NCBI GenBank assembly: GCA_963827685.1
Contig: CAWHBU010000004.1
Coordinates: forward strand, 96,001 to 160,000
Direction of reading: 5' to 3'
Length of the DNA stretch: 64,000 bases
DNA from: an uncultured delta proteobacterium
GTDB lineage: Bacteria; Desulfobacterota; BSN033; UBA1163
Part shown: positions 47,937 through 57,984 of the stretch, piece by piece
Layout: the number at the start of each line of letters is the position of its first letter
How positions within the stretch are numbered: position 1 is the first letter of the stretch
The notes under the pieces: generated by a model
Told to the model about the DNA's origin: nothing
Database searches by the model: none
Seen by the model: only the letters and a program-made list of their open reading frames with translations
Position numbers and translations under genes: made by a program

Positions 47937-49871
47937 ATGGAAAACCAGGAAAGAAAAAAAATCATTTTAACGCTAAGATGGACCGCCGTCATTGTCACTT
48001 CTTACCTCATCCTATTTGGTAAAGGGAGGGTGATGGACCTCTATTCAAGTTACATTCTTATTATTGTCTATCTCTTGTCAAATGTTTTACTTACCTTCTT
48101 TCCTAAAACATGGTTCTCAAATTTAAAATTATTCTACCCGTTAGTCCTCTTTGACACTGGAATTGTTTCGTTCGGAATGTATCTTTCTGAGAAGATGACG
48201 ACAGATTTCTATATCGTTTTTTTCTTGATTATCATCTTTGCATCGGTCAGTCGCAATTTTAAACTATTGATGGTCATTGGAGGGATCACTGCACTTCTCT
48301 ACGGGGTTCTCCTCTATTCATGGGGACTTTTAACTAAGGAAGAGGGTAGTAGTTACACCCTTCGGATCCCCTTCATATTCATCATGACGGCTTTCTATGG
48401 GTATATCGTTCAAACCTTAACGAGGGAAAAACGCCAGGAGCTCACTATTTCTGAAGACAAATATCGTGGCCTCTTCGAAAATGCCAACGAGGGGATCATC
48501 CTCTTGAGAAATCCTCAGTTACAAATTGCTGATGTCAACAGAGAAGTCGAGAAGGTGTTAGGTTACACCAAAGGAGAACTTTTTCGAAAGGAGTTCTTTG
48601 ATTTATTCACACCTGAAGAAATAGAGAAAGCAAGAGATTATTTCAAAGAAGTCGCTGAGAAAGGAGAAGGAAGAGCTGACTATCTATCCCTAATAAAGAA
48701 GGATGGATCCTCACTCGAGGTGGACTTTTCCATCAAGAGAATTGATTTAGGGGATGATTCCTTCTATCAGATGATCTTTCGGGATCTGACCGAGCAGAGG
48801 AAGCTTGAAAAGAGAATCAGAGAAAGTAAAAGAAATCTCGAGGCGATTTTCGATGGAATTCGAGATCGGCTCTCCATACAGGCTCCGGATTATCGAATTC
48901 TCCGTGTGAATAGAGCTGTCATTGAAAATTACCAAACCACTTTTGAAAAATTGATCAACCAAAAATGTCACGAGGCTTATTTCCGGAGATCGCAACCCTG
49001 TGAAAGATGTCCAGTCTCAGTGACCATCGAGACCAAACAACCCGCCACCTCTATCATGAAGAGTTCAGAAGATAATACGACCTTGCAAGTCTTCTCTTAT
49101 CCCATTTTGGATGAAAAAGGAAATCTTTTATCGGCCATTGAATATACGAAGGATATTACTGAGGAGCAAAGGTTGCAAGAACAGCTCATCCAATCAGAGA
49201 AGTTGGCAGGAATAGGGATATTGGCCTCCGGTGTGGCGCATGAGATCAATAACCCTCTCAGTGGCATTATCGGGATGGCAGAGATTGCATTGGAGGAGGA
49301 AGATCCTACTAAAAACGAAAGTTATTTAAAGGATATCCTCAGTTGTGCCCAAAGAATCAGTGGGATCGTGAGTGCATTGCGATCCTACTCTCGAGCTGCG
49401 AAAAAAGGAGAATTGGATCTTGTGAATCTCAATGAAGTTCTTGAAGAGACCCTAAAGATGGTTCGCTTAGTGGCCCAAAAGACTCCGGTGGAGGTAATCA
49501 AGAATTTTCAACCTACTGAAAAAATACAGGCTAACATTGGCGAAATTCAGCAAGTCTTTACCAATTTAATTACCAATGCGTTTCAGGCTATGGATGGAAA
49601 AGGTGGAAAATTGATTCTCTCCACTCGATCGGTAGGAGATTGGGTCGAGGTGAAGGTGAGCGATGATGGCATGGGAATTCCTCAGAAATATCTCAATCAA
49701 GTTTTCGATCCATTCTTCACAACCAAAAAACCTGGTGAGGGAACGGGCCTCGGTCTAAATATTGTTTATCGAATCGTGACCAAGTATGAAGGGACAATTG
49801 ACGTGGAGAGCAGAGACCAAATTGGGACAACGTTTACGATTAAATTTCCAATAAGGAGGGCTGAAACATGA
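47937..49871 (+). CDS. Membrane PAS sensor histidine kinase
   Basis: N-terminal TMs, two PAS domains, AHEINNP, FFTTK, GTGLGL. Confidence 0.92.
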   Translation: MENQERKKIILTLRWTAVIVTSYLILFGKGRVMDLYSSYILIIVYLLSNVLLTFFPKTWFSNLKLFYPLVLFDTGIVSFGMYLSEKMTTDFYIVFFLIIIFASVSRNFKLLMVIGGITALLYGVLLYSWGLLTKEEGSSYTLRIPFIFIMTAFYGYIVQTLTREKRQELTISEDKYRGLFENANEGIILLRNPQLQIADVNREVEKVLGYTKGELFRKEFFDLFTPEEIEKARDYFKEVAEKGEGRADYLSLIKKDGSSLEVDFSIKRIDLGDDSFYQMIFRDLTEQRKLEKRIRESKRNLEAIFDGIRDRLSIQAPDYRILRVNRAVIENYQTTFEKLINQKCHEAYFRRSQPCERCPVSVTIETKQPATSIMKSSEDNTTLQVFSYPILDEKGNLLSAIEYTKDITEEQRLQEQLIQSEKLAGIGILASGVAHEINNPLSGIIGMAEIALEEEDPTKNESYLKDILSCAQRISGIVSALRSYSRAAKKGELDLVNLNEVLEETLKMVRLVAQKTPVEVIKNFQPTEKIQANIGEIQQVFTNLITNAFQAMDGKGGKLILSTRSVGDWVEVKVSDDGMGIPQKYLNQVFDPFFTTKKPGEGTGLGLNIVYRIVTKYEGTIDVESRDQIGTTFTIKFPIRRAET

Positions 49872-50257
49872 GCAGGAAGATATTGATCGTGGATGATGAA
49901 GAGGTGATCCGAAAGTTTTTGAAAATCCATCTGACTAAATTGGGTTATGAGGTACAGGAGGCCGCCGATGGGGAGCAAGCCATAGAACAATTGGGAAAAG
50001 ATGATTTTGACCTTCTCATCTGCGATATTCTGATGCCCAAAAAGGACGGATGGGAGGTTATTAAAGAGCTGAAATCGAATCCCAAAACGAAGGCTATGCC
50101 AGTGATTGTTCTAACGGCTAAAAATGAAGATTCAGATATGTTTAAAGGATACGGTCTGGGTGCCAATTATTACATGACCAAGCCCTTCACTAAGGCCCAA
50201 CTCCTCTACGGATTGAAACTCATGTTCAATGAAACTCCAGGAGAGATAAGGGTATAA
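49868..50257 (+). CDS. Single-domain response regulator
   Basis: VDDE, DILMP, LTAK, KPF. Confidence 0.92.
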   Translation: MSRKILIVDDEEVIRKFLKIHLTKLGYEVQEAADGEQAIEQLGKDDFDLLICDILMPKKDGWEVIKELKSNPKTKAMPVIVLTAKNEDSDMFKGYGLGANYYMTKPFTKAQLLYGLKLMFNETPGEIRV

Positions 50258-50737
50258 GGCCATTGTTATTCAGCCCTTTTCTTAAATAGGCTGGAAGAAC
50301 TCGATCTTGTTCACTTATGAAGCTTCTTCGTTTACCTAGGGATCTTCACTCTGTTACAGAACAATAGCTTCCTACCTCACCGTCAAGGTTTCGTCTGGCA
50401 AAATGTAAAACTTTCCTAACAGACAAAGGCGGAAATTAATAAAAAATGTCTAAAGGAGAAAAGGTCTAAGAAAACCAACTGTTTTCTGAAGAATGTTGAA
50501 TATTTTTATTGACTTATTTTTTGAAGTAATATAAATATGCCTCTGTTCGGACTTATCAAATGTTGTTGAAGCAAAAGCCCATTTTGAGATTGATCAGATA
50601 TTGAAAAAGAAGTGAGAGGAGAAAATCCGAGAAGGAGTATTCACTGGGCTTTTGTTAGGGAGGCCGGGGTTTCCAAAATGACCTCGTTCGATTACAAAAA
50701 AGAGAAATTCTCATGGGAACAGGGGGGGCGCTTTAGA

Positions 50738-51241
50738 ATGAAAACCATCGTTTTCGCCATTTTGATTATTAGCCTATTGTTGTTTCCCTTACAAGTTAAA
50801 GCAGACGCACAATTCCAATTCGTTGCTCGTGATCTTTCTGCACCTCATTCATCACCTTCCCGGCTCATCGCAACAGACCAAGAGGTAAGACAGTTTTTTG
50901 ACAACTATATCGAACGATATACGAGAAAGGACATCGATGGATTTCTTTGGCTTTTCTCTTTGAAAGCCGTTCAGAATCAGAAAGATGGGCTGCCTGAGAT
51001 CAGAGAGATGTACAGCAATTTTTTTGATCAGACCCAGACACTCCGTTGTCGCATCGAGGACCGGAAGGTAGAAATTTATGAAAATGCTGTAGAAGTGAAA
51101 GCCCGTTACGAAATTGAGCAAATAGTGAAGAGAAGTGAAGAAAGGAAAGTCTTGAAAGGATGGATACGGTGGGTTTTGGTCAAAGAAGACGGAATTCTCA
51201 AGATCCTTTCCATCGATTATAAACATGAGAAAACCCCTTAA
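50738..51241 (+). CDS. Secreted NTF2/SnoaL-like domain protein
   Basis: Signal peptide; EVRQFFDNYIERY..KDIDGF; WVLVKEDG.LKI..IDY. Confidence 0.65.
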   Translation: MKTIVFAILIISLLLFPLQVKADAQFQFVARDLSAPHSSPSRLIATDQEVRQFFDNYIERYTRKDIDGFLWLFSLKAVQNQKDGLPEIREMYSNFFDQTQTLRCRIEDRKVEIYENAVEVKARYEIEQIVKRSEERKVLKGWIRWVLVKEDGILKILSIDYKHEKTP

Positions 51242-51351
51242 AGGAAGAAGGGCACGGATAGGACTTCATAAAATCATTTTTCTTTTCCCTTATGGTTTTC
51301 ATTTCGGTATACTTTCTTTTTGACAAGGCGTAAGCTTCTCCCACTTGAAAT

Positions 51352-51560
51352 CCGGATAGCCATGGCCATGGAGGAGGCTGATCAATTCATTGATGAATAT
51401 GTAGCTCGGCGAATGAAACTGGATCTCGATCCCTTTAAGGGACTTTTATGAAGAAAGTCATGAAAAATCGAATGCTCCCTTATGCCGATATTCGAAAGGC
51501 TTACCAGAAGGTGGTTGCTTGCAGCCGTTCAATCGTGTACCTTTTAAAGATTTATTCCGG
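51352..51560 (+). pseudogene. Degraded paralogue of the upstream NTF2-like domain
   Basis: EEADQFIDEYVARRMKLDLDPF...YADIRKAYQK with an internal stop. Confidence 0.4.
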
Positions 51561-51951
51561 CGTAATTAAACTTCAAATTACAGAGTTAAAACTCTCAAAA
51601 TTCCAAACCTTTTGACTGAATTATTCAGTCAAATTTTCCATTCACTTGAGGGATGGTCTGTTTCTTTAACCCTCTTATGCATCCTCTGGCTGGCCGGATA
51701 GTACCCCGCAATCAAATTTGGGATGAGGGGTACAATATAATGTGATCGTTCATTCCTGGGAAGCTCCATTCTTTTCGCGTGAAGCTTCCATTCTCCAGTC
51801 AGTTCCTGGAAAATCCCTTATGAACAGGAATGTGACTCGTAATCTTCATCATCCTTGAAACTAACAGCACCGTAGGTACGTCCGCGCAATACTTCAATGA
51901 CAAAATTACTCAATAACTTAAGGAGCTTAAATCCAGCCGACTAATTTCGCC

Positions 51952-51980
51952 TTGACGAAAACTCAAAGAAGTCGTATATT
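51952..51980 (+). promoter_or_regulatory. Sigma-70 promoter of tRNA-Arg
   Basis: TTGACG-17-TATATT. Confidence 0.65.
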
Positions 51981-51990
51981 TAGCAATTAA

Positions 51991-52067
51991 GCGCCTGTAG
52001 CTCAGATGGATAGAGCTACGGACTTCTAATCCGTGGGTCGGGGGTTCGAATCCCTCCAGGCGCGCCA
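51991..52067 (+). tRNA. tRNA-Arg(TCT)
   Basis: GCGCCTG...CAGGCGC GCCA; anticodon arm ACGGA-CTTCTAA-TCCGT; GGTTCGAATC. Confidence 0.97.
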
Positions 52068-52073
52068 AAGATT

Positions 52074-53189
52074 TCAAGCACTTGCAATGGTGCTTGTTCC
52101 AATAGAATCCGGGTTTCCCACTATTTTCCCACTATTGAGAGCCAACTTTTCCGCTTGCTTCCTTTGGTATTCAATATCCGACCCAATGTAAAAGCCTTCC
52201 GTTGTCTTGACCGTGGTATGCCTAAGTTGATCCTTGATCGCTAAGGCCGGTACTCCCTTCAAGTGCATCAAAGAGGCTGTGGTATGTCTCAATTCTTTCC
52301 ATGAGTAAAGTTTCGTGTCGATCCCTAAAGACCTCAACACTTTCCTAAAGGGCTTAAATATGTTCCAATGGTCGTATGGAGTGCCATCAGGCTTAGAGAA
52401 TACCCATTCCCCAGGCTTAGAAAACCCTTGGAAGAGGTCTATTAGCTCTCTTTGCAGAACAACCATTTGACCTCTACCAGTGGAATCCTTGAGGGTTTTG
52501 GAAGAGGGGAGATAGATCACTCCGCTATTAAAGTCAACCCGTTCCCATCTAAGGCCCCTGAGTTCGGATTCTCTCATTCCCGTGTAATAGGCTGTCAGGA
52601 TCATCGGTCTAAGCCATTCAGGAGAGGCTTCAAGAATCTTCTCAATTTGTTCCTCAGTGAAGAAGTTTCTAAGGCCCTTTTTCTCAGGATAGAGCAGACC
52701 GCTTTTTGTCGTGGACGGAAATGGGTTCGATTCCATTAATTCACGCCCTACGGCAAAATTAAAGAGTCTCCGTAGGCCAGCCAGGGTCCGATTAACATGG
52801 GCCTCGGTAACCGGTTCTCCACCACGTTGTTTAGGAGTTGATTTAACTTGGTCCCTGAATGCGAAGAGGTCTTTTCGGGTGATCTGTGATAACTTGCGTC
52901 CACTGAAAAAATTCAGATAGACAGATCCCTTGCCCAAGATATATTCCTTCTGATCGCCTTCTCTTCGGTAGAGTTCCATCAGCTCATCAAAGCTGATTCT
53001 CTCTTGCCTCTCCATCACTTCATAACGACCGCCCTTGATTCTTTTTTCTCTATCTATTTTCTCTTTAAGTGCCATGGAAAGTTTAGGCCCCACCGCTTTC
53101 TCATGCTTCTTTGAATGCTCGTAATAGGTGATGTAATAGATTTCACCCACCTTGTAGATACCCTTATGCTTAGTCTTCTCACGTTTCAT
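52074..53189 (-). CDS. Tyrosine integrase
   Basis: TGMRESEL, KELRHT, LRHTT..TTEGFY; ends at the tRNA 3' end. Confidence 0.92.
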   Translation of the reverse strand: MKREKTKHKGIYKVGEIYYITYYEHSKKHEKAVGPKLSMALKEKIDREKRIKGGRYEVMERQERISFDELMELYRREGDQKEYILGKGSVYLNFFSGRKLSQITRKDLFAFRDQVKSTPKQRGGEPVTEAHVNRTLAGLRRLFNFAVGRELMESNPFPSTTKSGLLYPEKKGLRNFFTEEQIEKILEASPEWLRPMILTAYYTGMRESELRGLRWERVDFNSGVIYLPSSKTLKDSTGRGQMVVLQRELIDLFQGFSKPGEWVFSKPDGTPYDHWNIFKPFRKVLRSLGIDTKLYSWKELRHTTASLMHLKGVPALAIKDQLRHTTVKTTEGFYIGSDIEYQRKQAEKLALNSGKIVGNPDSIGTSTIASA

Positions 53190-53243
53190 ACTTCCTCCTA
53201 ACCGTTAGCGAAACGACTCACCCCCTTTCCTTTCCAAATTGGT

Positions 53244-53543
53244 TTATGCTTTCCCTGCCTTCTCCCAATCGAGTTCATATTCTGGAGGCTTTGCTTCCCC
53301 GGAATTAGCCAATGCCCCAATGATTAGGATGCTATATTTCATTTCATCCAGTCTCAAAGTGGCTGCTTTCTTTTTCAATAATTCAATCTCAGCTTCGATC
53401 CGCTGCCTTTCCAATGGATCGAAGGTCTTGATCAACCCCCTTTCCCTTCTTCTGACCTTCGACTTTAGATTCGTTATCTGTCTTTTCAACTCTTCGGTTT
53501 CAGCGATCAACCTCTTCAATTTCAGATTCATATTACTATTCAC
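53244..53543 (-). CDS. Coiled-coil hypothetical protein
   Basis: 99-aa ORF overlapping the RHH gene stop. Confidence 0.5.
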   Translation of the reverse strand: MNSNMNLKLKRLIAETEELKRQITNLKSKVRRRERGLIKTFDPLERQRIEAEIELLKKKAATLRLDEMKYSILIIGALANSGEAKPPEYELDWEKAGKA

Positions 53544-53689
53544 CTTTTGCCCTTCTTCTCAAATCTCTCCCAATACTCATCGATCGCTCGTCTCAAAATC
53601 TCAGAAGCGGAAAGCCCGGTTTTCTTCGACATCGCTTTAAGCCTCTTCACCTGAATCTCTGCCAAATAAAAGTTAGCTCTTATGGCCAT
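53540..53689 (-). CDS. CopG/RHH DNA-binding protein
   Basis: MAIRANFYL...LKAMSKKTGLSASEILRRAIDEY; AGGAGG RBS. Confidence 0.8.
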   Translation of the reverse strand: MAIRANFYLAEIQVKRLKAMSKKTGLSASEILRRAIDEYWERFEKKGKR

Positions 53690-53727
53690 CGTTCTTGCTC
53701 CTCCTATCTCGGGTTCTCCAGGTCGGG

Positions 53728-53997
53728 TTACTTCTCGCTCGGGATCAGGAGCCACTCCTCCCTCACCAGCTCCCACGCAATGTCGTGGGCTTCGTTCTCC
53801 TTCAGCCCGTTCTCCAGGAGTCGGCTCTTTGCGTTCTGGTAAGCTTGCAGGGTATTCCTCGCAGCGTTGTCCAGGGCCTCTTCGAGGTTCCCTTCCTCCT
53901 GGAGGCCCCGGAACTGCTTCGGGCAGTGTTCCTTCAAGTGCTTCCGGCCTAACTCCTTCAACTCTTTCTCGCTCGGCGGGTTCGAGATCATGTTCAA
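53728..53997 (-). CDS. TnpV-like small protein
   Basis: GRKHLKEHCPKQF..L...GNL...AWELVREEWL. Confidence 0.5.
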   Translation of the reverse strand: MNMISNPPSEKELKELGRKHLKEHCPKQFRGLQEEGNLEEALDNAARNTLQAYQNAKSRLLENGLKENEAHDIAWELVREEWLLIPSEK

Positions 53998-54019
53998 CCT
54001 CTTTCACTATTTTGTGTCC

Positions 54020-54049
54020 ATTATACACACACTCCAAAAAGTTTGTCAA
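54020..54049 (-). promoter_or_regulatory. Sigma-70 promoter toward the integrase
   Basis: TTGACA-18-TATAAT on the minus strand. Confidence 0.7.
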
Positions 54050-54100
54050 CCTTTTTCTTTGTCCTCACTCGTCTCGAAACTTTCTTCCTGAAACTTTCGC

Positions 54101-54129
54101 TTGACCAATTTCCATTGAATGTGTATATT
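54101..54129 (+). promoter_or_regulatory. Sigma-70 promoter of the cargo operon
   Basis: TTGACC-17-TATATT. Confidence 0.6.
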
Positions 54130-54197
54130 CTAACCAATAATCGAGGGAGAGGAATGTTTCTTCATTCTGTTCCCTGCGAATTGTGCCAGAGGTGAGC

Positions 54198-54608
54198 ATG
54201 GCGACCGAGACAAATCAGACCGGTGCTGCTTCGTACATGTGGTGGCGTTCCAAAGCTGTCCAGGCGGTTCATTCCCCTCTGGGCTTTTTCGTTCTGGCGC
54301 TGCTGATCGTCGAGGCATTTCTTTCCGGAACAGGCACGTGGTTCGGGTTGCCGGAACCATGGAAGATTGCAGCCATCGGTGTCGGAGTCATACTGTTTCT
54401 TATCGTTTTTGGCACGGTGGTGTGGCTCGTCATCCGATATCCGCAGAATCTGGTGTTCAGTGAGGAATCACACATTCAATTCGCGGCCATGAAGATATTC
54501 GGCTCCGAAAAACGTCTCATTACCGGTCGAGACCTTGAAGCGTTACCAAATCAGCCGACACCTAATCCGGCGGTAGGTCAGCTTCCTGGGTCCGGCCAGG
54601 AGAGTTGA
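54198..54608 (+). CDS. Two-TM cargo protein
   Basis: SPLGFFVLALLIVE and a second TM ending PQNLVF; GAGGTG RBS. Confidence 0.65.
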   Translation: MATETNQTGAASYMWWRSKAVQAVHSPLGFFVLALLIVEAFLSGTGTWFGLPEPWKIAAIGVGVILFLIVFGTVVWLVIRYPQNLVFSEESHIQFAAMKIFGSEKRLITGRDLEALPNQPTPNPAVGQLPGSGQES

Positions 54609-54611
54609 ACA

Positions 54612-54905
54612 ATGCCGCTGCTGTATCCTTACGCATACATCATCTGCTACGACTTGTACCAACCTTTCGGCCTGTACGAGCCATTCTTCGAGGAACTGAA
54701 ACGATCATACCGCTGGTGGCGCTACATGAACTCGACATGGGTCGTGCTTCGATATGAGGCACTTGTGGAGCTTGCTCCTAAACTTCGCCTACTGATCTTT
54801 GAAGGCGATCGTCTGCTTATCCAGCCGGCGAAGGGGCCTTCTGATGGGTGGCTCCCGAAGGACGCATGGGAATGGCTTAAAGAAAACGTTCCGAACGAGT
54901 GGTGA
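54612..54905 (+). CDS. Small Cas2/VapD-like-fold cargo protein
   Basis: YIICYDL...Y.....L.....W....STWVV...D.LLI......GWL...AWEWL. Confidence 0.55.
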   Translation: MPLLYPYAYIICYDLYQPFGLYEPFFEELKRSYRWWRYMNSTWVVLRYEALVELAPKLRLLIFEGDRLLIQPAKGPSDGWLPKDAWEWLKENVPNEW

Positions 54906-55100
54906 GTGTTAGAACAGTATCGCTGTAGGAGTAATCTTCAAAAAAAGAAATCAATATTCAATTGTCAAAGAGCAAGGCCAGAAAGGGCTCTTCCCTCTAA
55001 TCTTTAGGGTTCTGGTAGTGGGAAAACAGTGGGAAGGCTTCAAAGCCCTTTGAATATTCAAGGGATTTTTTCGGCTTATGGATAACAAATGCCTGAGCCT

Positions 55101-55289
55101 TCATCTCACAACCTGTCTTTTTTCTACCCTGGATCTCACAAGGTAAGCCTCAACGTCAGACAATCGAAACCGGATCACCTTCCCCATCTTATAACAGGGT
55201 AAGAGTCCCCTCTTAACCATGATGTAAGGCCATGGTTTAGATACCTTCAGGAGTCTCGATAATTCTTTTGGACTAAGTAGCTCCTCCAA
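55101..55289 (-). CDS. Excisionase/AlpA-like HTH
   Basis: LLSPKELSRLLKVS...Y.MV..GLLP..KMG..IRF. Confidence 0.85.
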   Translation of the reverse strand: MEELLSPKELSRLLKVSKPWPYIMVKRGLLPCYKMGKVIRFRLSDVEAYLVRSRVEKRQVVR

Positions 55290-55573
55290 CTTCTACCCTG
55301 TCTCCTCTATTCTTTGTGAACGTAGAGCCTGATAATCTGCCCCTTATGCTTGACCTGGTAGGCTTCTTGCCCCACCTGCATCCTGTAAAGTTCAACCCCG
55401 CTGAACGTGCTTATGGGGTTCGTGCACCTTCTTTCTGAAAAGTGTAGTTTTATGTAGTTTTGTTAACCCCCTCACATCCCACTTTTTGCAAAAATTGCTA
55501 ATCCGAAAGCTTAACTTTTCTCAACTTTTGTTAACCCCTTTATCCTGATGATCTCATCAAAACATTCATTTCC

Positions 55574-55942
55574 TCAAAGTCTCGGTTTTAGAACGGGATA
55601 AGGCCATAAATCCGAATCCTCCGATCCAATCTGCCTCTGTCTCCGCTCTATTTCCTGCAGAGACTGACGATCCCCGTGTTCCAACCAGACCAGGTAGGCA
55701 TCGACGCCGCCCTGCATCTGAAAAAGCTCTCTCTTAAACATGTACTCAAGAATGGGCTCGAATTTCGTCCTTTTTCGCCATCCCTTGACCCGGCAAGAGG
55801 TGGGGGTGCCCCCATAAGCCACCCGGGCAGCTGCTGTGGCATTAAAAGCAGACTTGAAATACTCCCGGATCCACACCTTCTCCCTCTCAGTGAATTTCCA
55901 TTTCGGCTTGTGCGTCTCTCTCTCCAAGGTTGCCCCCTCCAT
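55574..55942 (-). CDS. Terminase small-subunit-like protein
   Basis: TEREKVWIREY...FNATAAARVAY, the TerS N-terminal HTH pattern. Confidence 0.65.
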   Translation of the reverse strand: MEGATLERETHKPKWKFTEREKVWIREYFKSAFNATAAARVAYGGTPTSCRVKGWRKRTKFEPILEYMFKRELFQMQGGVDAYLVWLEHGDRQSLQEIERRQRQIGSEDSDLWPYPVLKPRL

Positions 55943-55983
55943 CTAACTCTTGTCGTTAAACGTTCAACCGCTTCTGTTAAACG

Positions 55984-56187
55984 TTATTGCTTCCTGCTTG
56001 CCTTCTCTTCGCCCGTAATCACTCCCCATCCTGCTACGATGCAGTCCATGAGGAATTCCGTAAGAGTCATCCCTCGCTTTCTGGATTCCTCTTGGAGCCT
56101 TTTCTTTATGAACGGCCGAACCCTAACTCCAATCGTCGTTGACCTCGTTTCGTCTGCCTCATCCATCGTTTGCTCCTTCATTTCCAC
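55984..56187 (-). CDS. RHH-like small protein
   Basis: TIGVRVRPFIKKRLQEESRKRGMTLTEFL. Confidence 0.55.
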   Translation of the reverse strand: MEMKEQTMDEADETRSTTIGVRVRPFIKKRLQEESRKRGMTLTEFLMDCIVAGWGVITGEEKASRKQ

Positions 56188-56471
56188 TCGATTCCCATCC
56201 CTTTTCTGTTCCGGAATCCTTGCCCATATCCGGCCAGGATTCTATCAATCTGGTCATGGTTCGTGAGCTTGTCCATCCTCGACTCTACCCGAGACCCTTA
56301 TGTCTTGATTTATGTCGGGAAGACGATTTCAGCTTCGGTTGCCGAAATCATACCCGTGAGTCCCCCCTTTCTGAGATTGCCTTTAGGGCAAGATCATTTC
56401 AATTCCCTCGTTCGTTACGCCGCTTGCACTTGATTGCAACATCTGCCTATCCAACCGCTCCAAATTCTCCC

Positions 56472-57725
56472 TCAAACGCCAGATCCACCCTTTTCCCTGC
56501 TCACGGCAGTCGGCGGCACTACAGGTCCAAGTTCCCCATCTTTTTGGGGTTGTTCAAATCGGCGGTGCCCTCCCCGGTAATCCCCCAAATCCAACATCCT
56601 CAACGCCTCTTGATCTGGCAGTCTTCCATCAACCGTCATGATCGCCAACCTCTCTAACTGCGTTTCATCGAATCGTTGGAGCCATTCCTTTGGAAAGGGT
56701 CTTATTATGGTCTCTGTGAGCTTCTCTCTTGGGAGGGAAAGGATTTTATTGGGCAACCCTGCCTCTATCCATGCCCGGATGTTTGTCCCCTTCTGGAATG
56801 CCTCTGAAGGATCTTTCCCCACAGGGACCGGCCAGCGCTTCACCTTCGCCCCGTATGTTTCGGACCAAAACCCCCAGCTTGCCTCTGCCCCGGCCCTATC
56901 GAAGTCAAGGCAATTCAGAATCAACCCGGCCTCCTTAAGCAGTCGATTCGTGTCCTCATCGGGTCTTATCGTCACACTTCCCAAAGCTATGGTTCCGATC
57001 AAGTCACCGGCCTCTTGTGAGATCAGCAAGCCATCAAGTTCACTTTCAACAATGACAAAGGATCCCAAGTCAGGATTAAACATCATCGGTTTTGTGTCAC
57101 TTCCGGGTACGATGTAATAACGCAGTTCACCTTTTGCCCGCCGTATCCTCAGCCTTAAGACCCGGTCTTTCTCCATCAAGGGAATCACAAGTCCCTCCGG
57201 AAGCCACAACTTCTTAGCCCTTCCACGTTCATCCATTGCAGGGTCGAGGCCCCATGTTTCCCGGTCCCCATATTGACCTTTGGGATTCCAACCCAAAGCC
57301 GCTGTCCGAATCGTCTCATCTCGAAGCCCCCGGCCATGCAGGAAGGAAAGAACATCGCTACTACGCCATAGCGATTCAATGGATTCTTTGAGAAAGGTTT
57401 CCGCTTTTCCCTGCCACTTGAGGGAGGGTGAGAGTTTCTCTTCTCGTTCATGGCGAACCATATTTGACTGCTTAAGGATAGATTCTCCCCCTAACTCTTC
57501 GACCGCTTCCCGGAAGGACAGACCTCGGCTCTCTCTCAGATAATCAATGGCGTCCCCGTGCTTCCCGCAACCCCGGCACCAATACCGCCCGCCATCCTCA
57601 TTCGGCCATACTCGGAAACGGTCACGGCCGCCACACCACGGGCAGGGTCCGGCCCATTCTCCCCCGTGGGTTCTTGCTACACGTCTTAGCCGGACATTAG
57701 CCTGGAGCAGTTCAAGAAGTGTCAT
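56472..57725 (-). CDS. DNA primase (CHC2 Zn-finger plus TOPRIM)
   Basis: GPCPWCGGRDRF, WCRGC...GDAID, VESELD, LDFDRAG, KDP. Confidence 0.85.
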   Translation of the reverse strand: MTLLELLQANVRLRRVARTHGGEWAGPCPWCGGRDRFRVWPNEDGGRYWCRGCGKHGDAIDYLRESRGLSFREAVEELGGESILKQSNMVRHEREEKLSPSLKWQGKAETFLKESIESLWRSSDVLSFLHGRGLRDETIRTAALGWNPKGQYGDRETWGLDPAMDERGRAKKLWLPEGLVIPLMEKDRVLRLRIRRAKGELRYYIVPGSDTKPMMFNPDLGSFVIVESELDGLLISQEAGDLIGTIALGSVTIRPDEDTNRLLKEAGLILNCLDFDRAGAEASWGFWSETYGAKVKRWPVPVGKDPSEAFQKGTNIRAWIEAGLPNKILSLPREKLTETIIRPFPKEWLQRFDETQLERLAIMTVDGRLPDQEALRMLDLGDYRGGHRRFEQPQKDGELGPVVPPTAVSREKGGSGV

Positions 57726-57984
57726 CCTCAATTCCAGATCCTTAACTGTCACCACAGTTGCCACCACTTTGTTAGGTGACAAGATTCCTTTTAAATTCTT
57801 TCGAGTTGTCCTACATTGCCACCGCTTCTATAGAGGTAGAGAGGTTTATTAATAATGATTTCCCCACCCCACCCCATCCTTATTTATATATATTTCTGAT
57901 CAGCCAATTGAAATCATTATGAAACATACCTCAAATGTCTCCCCAAACAATGTGGTGACAATATTGGTGACACTCGATTCAAGG

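Noticed and set aside
53690-54049. 5' part of the 169-aa ORF
   Set aside because: Overlaps the TnpV-like gene in another frame; only the RHH part from 53689 has an RBS.
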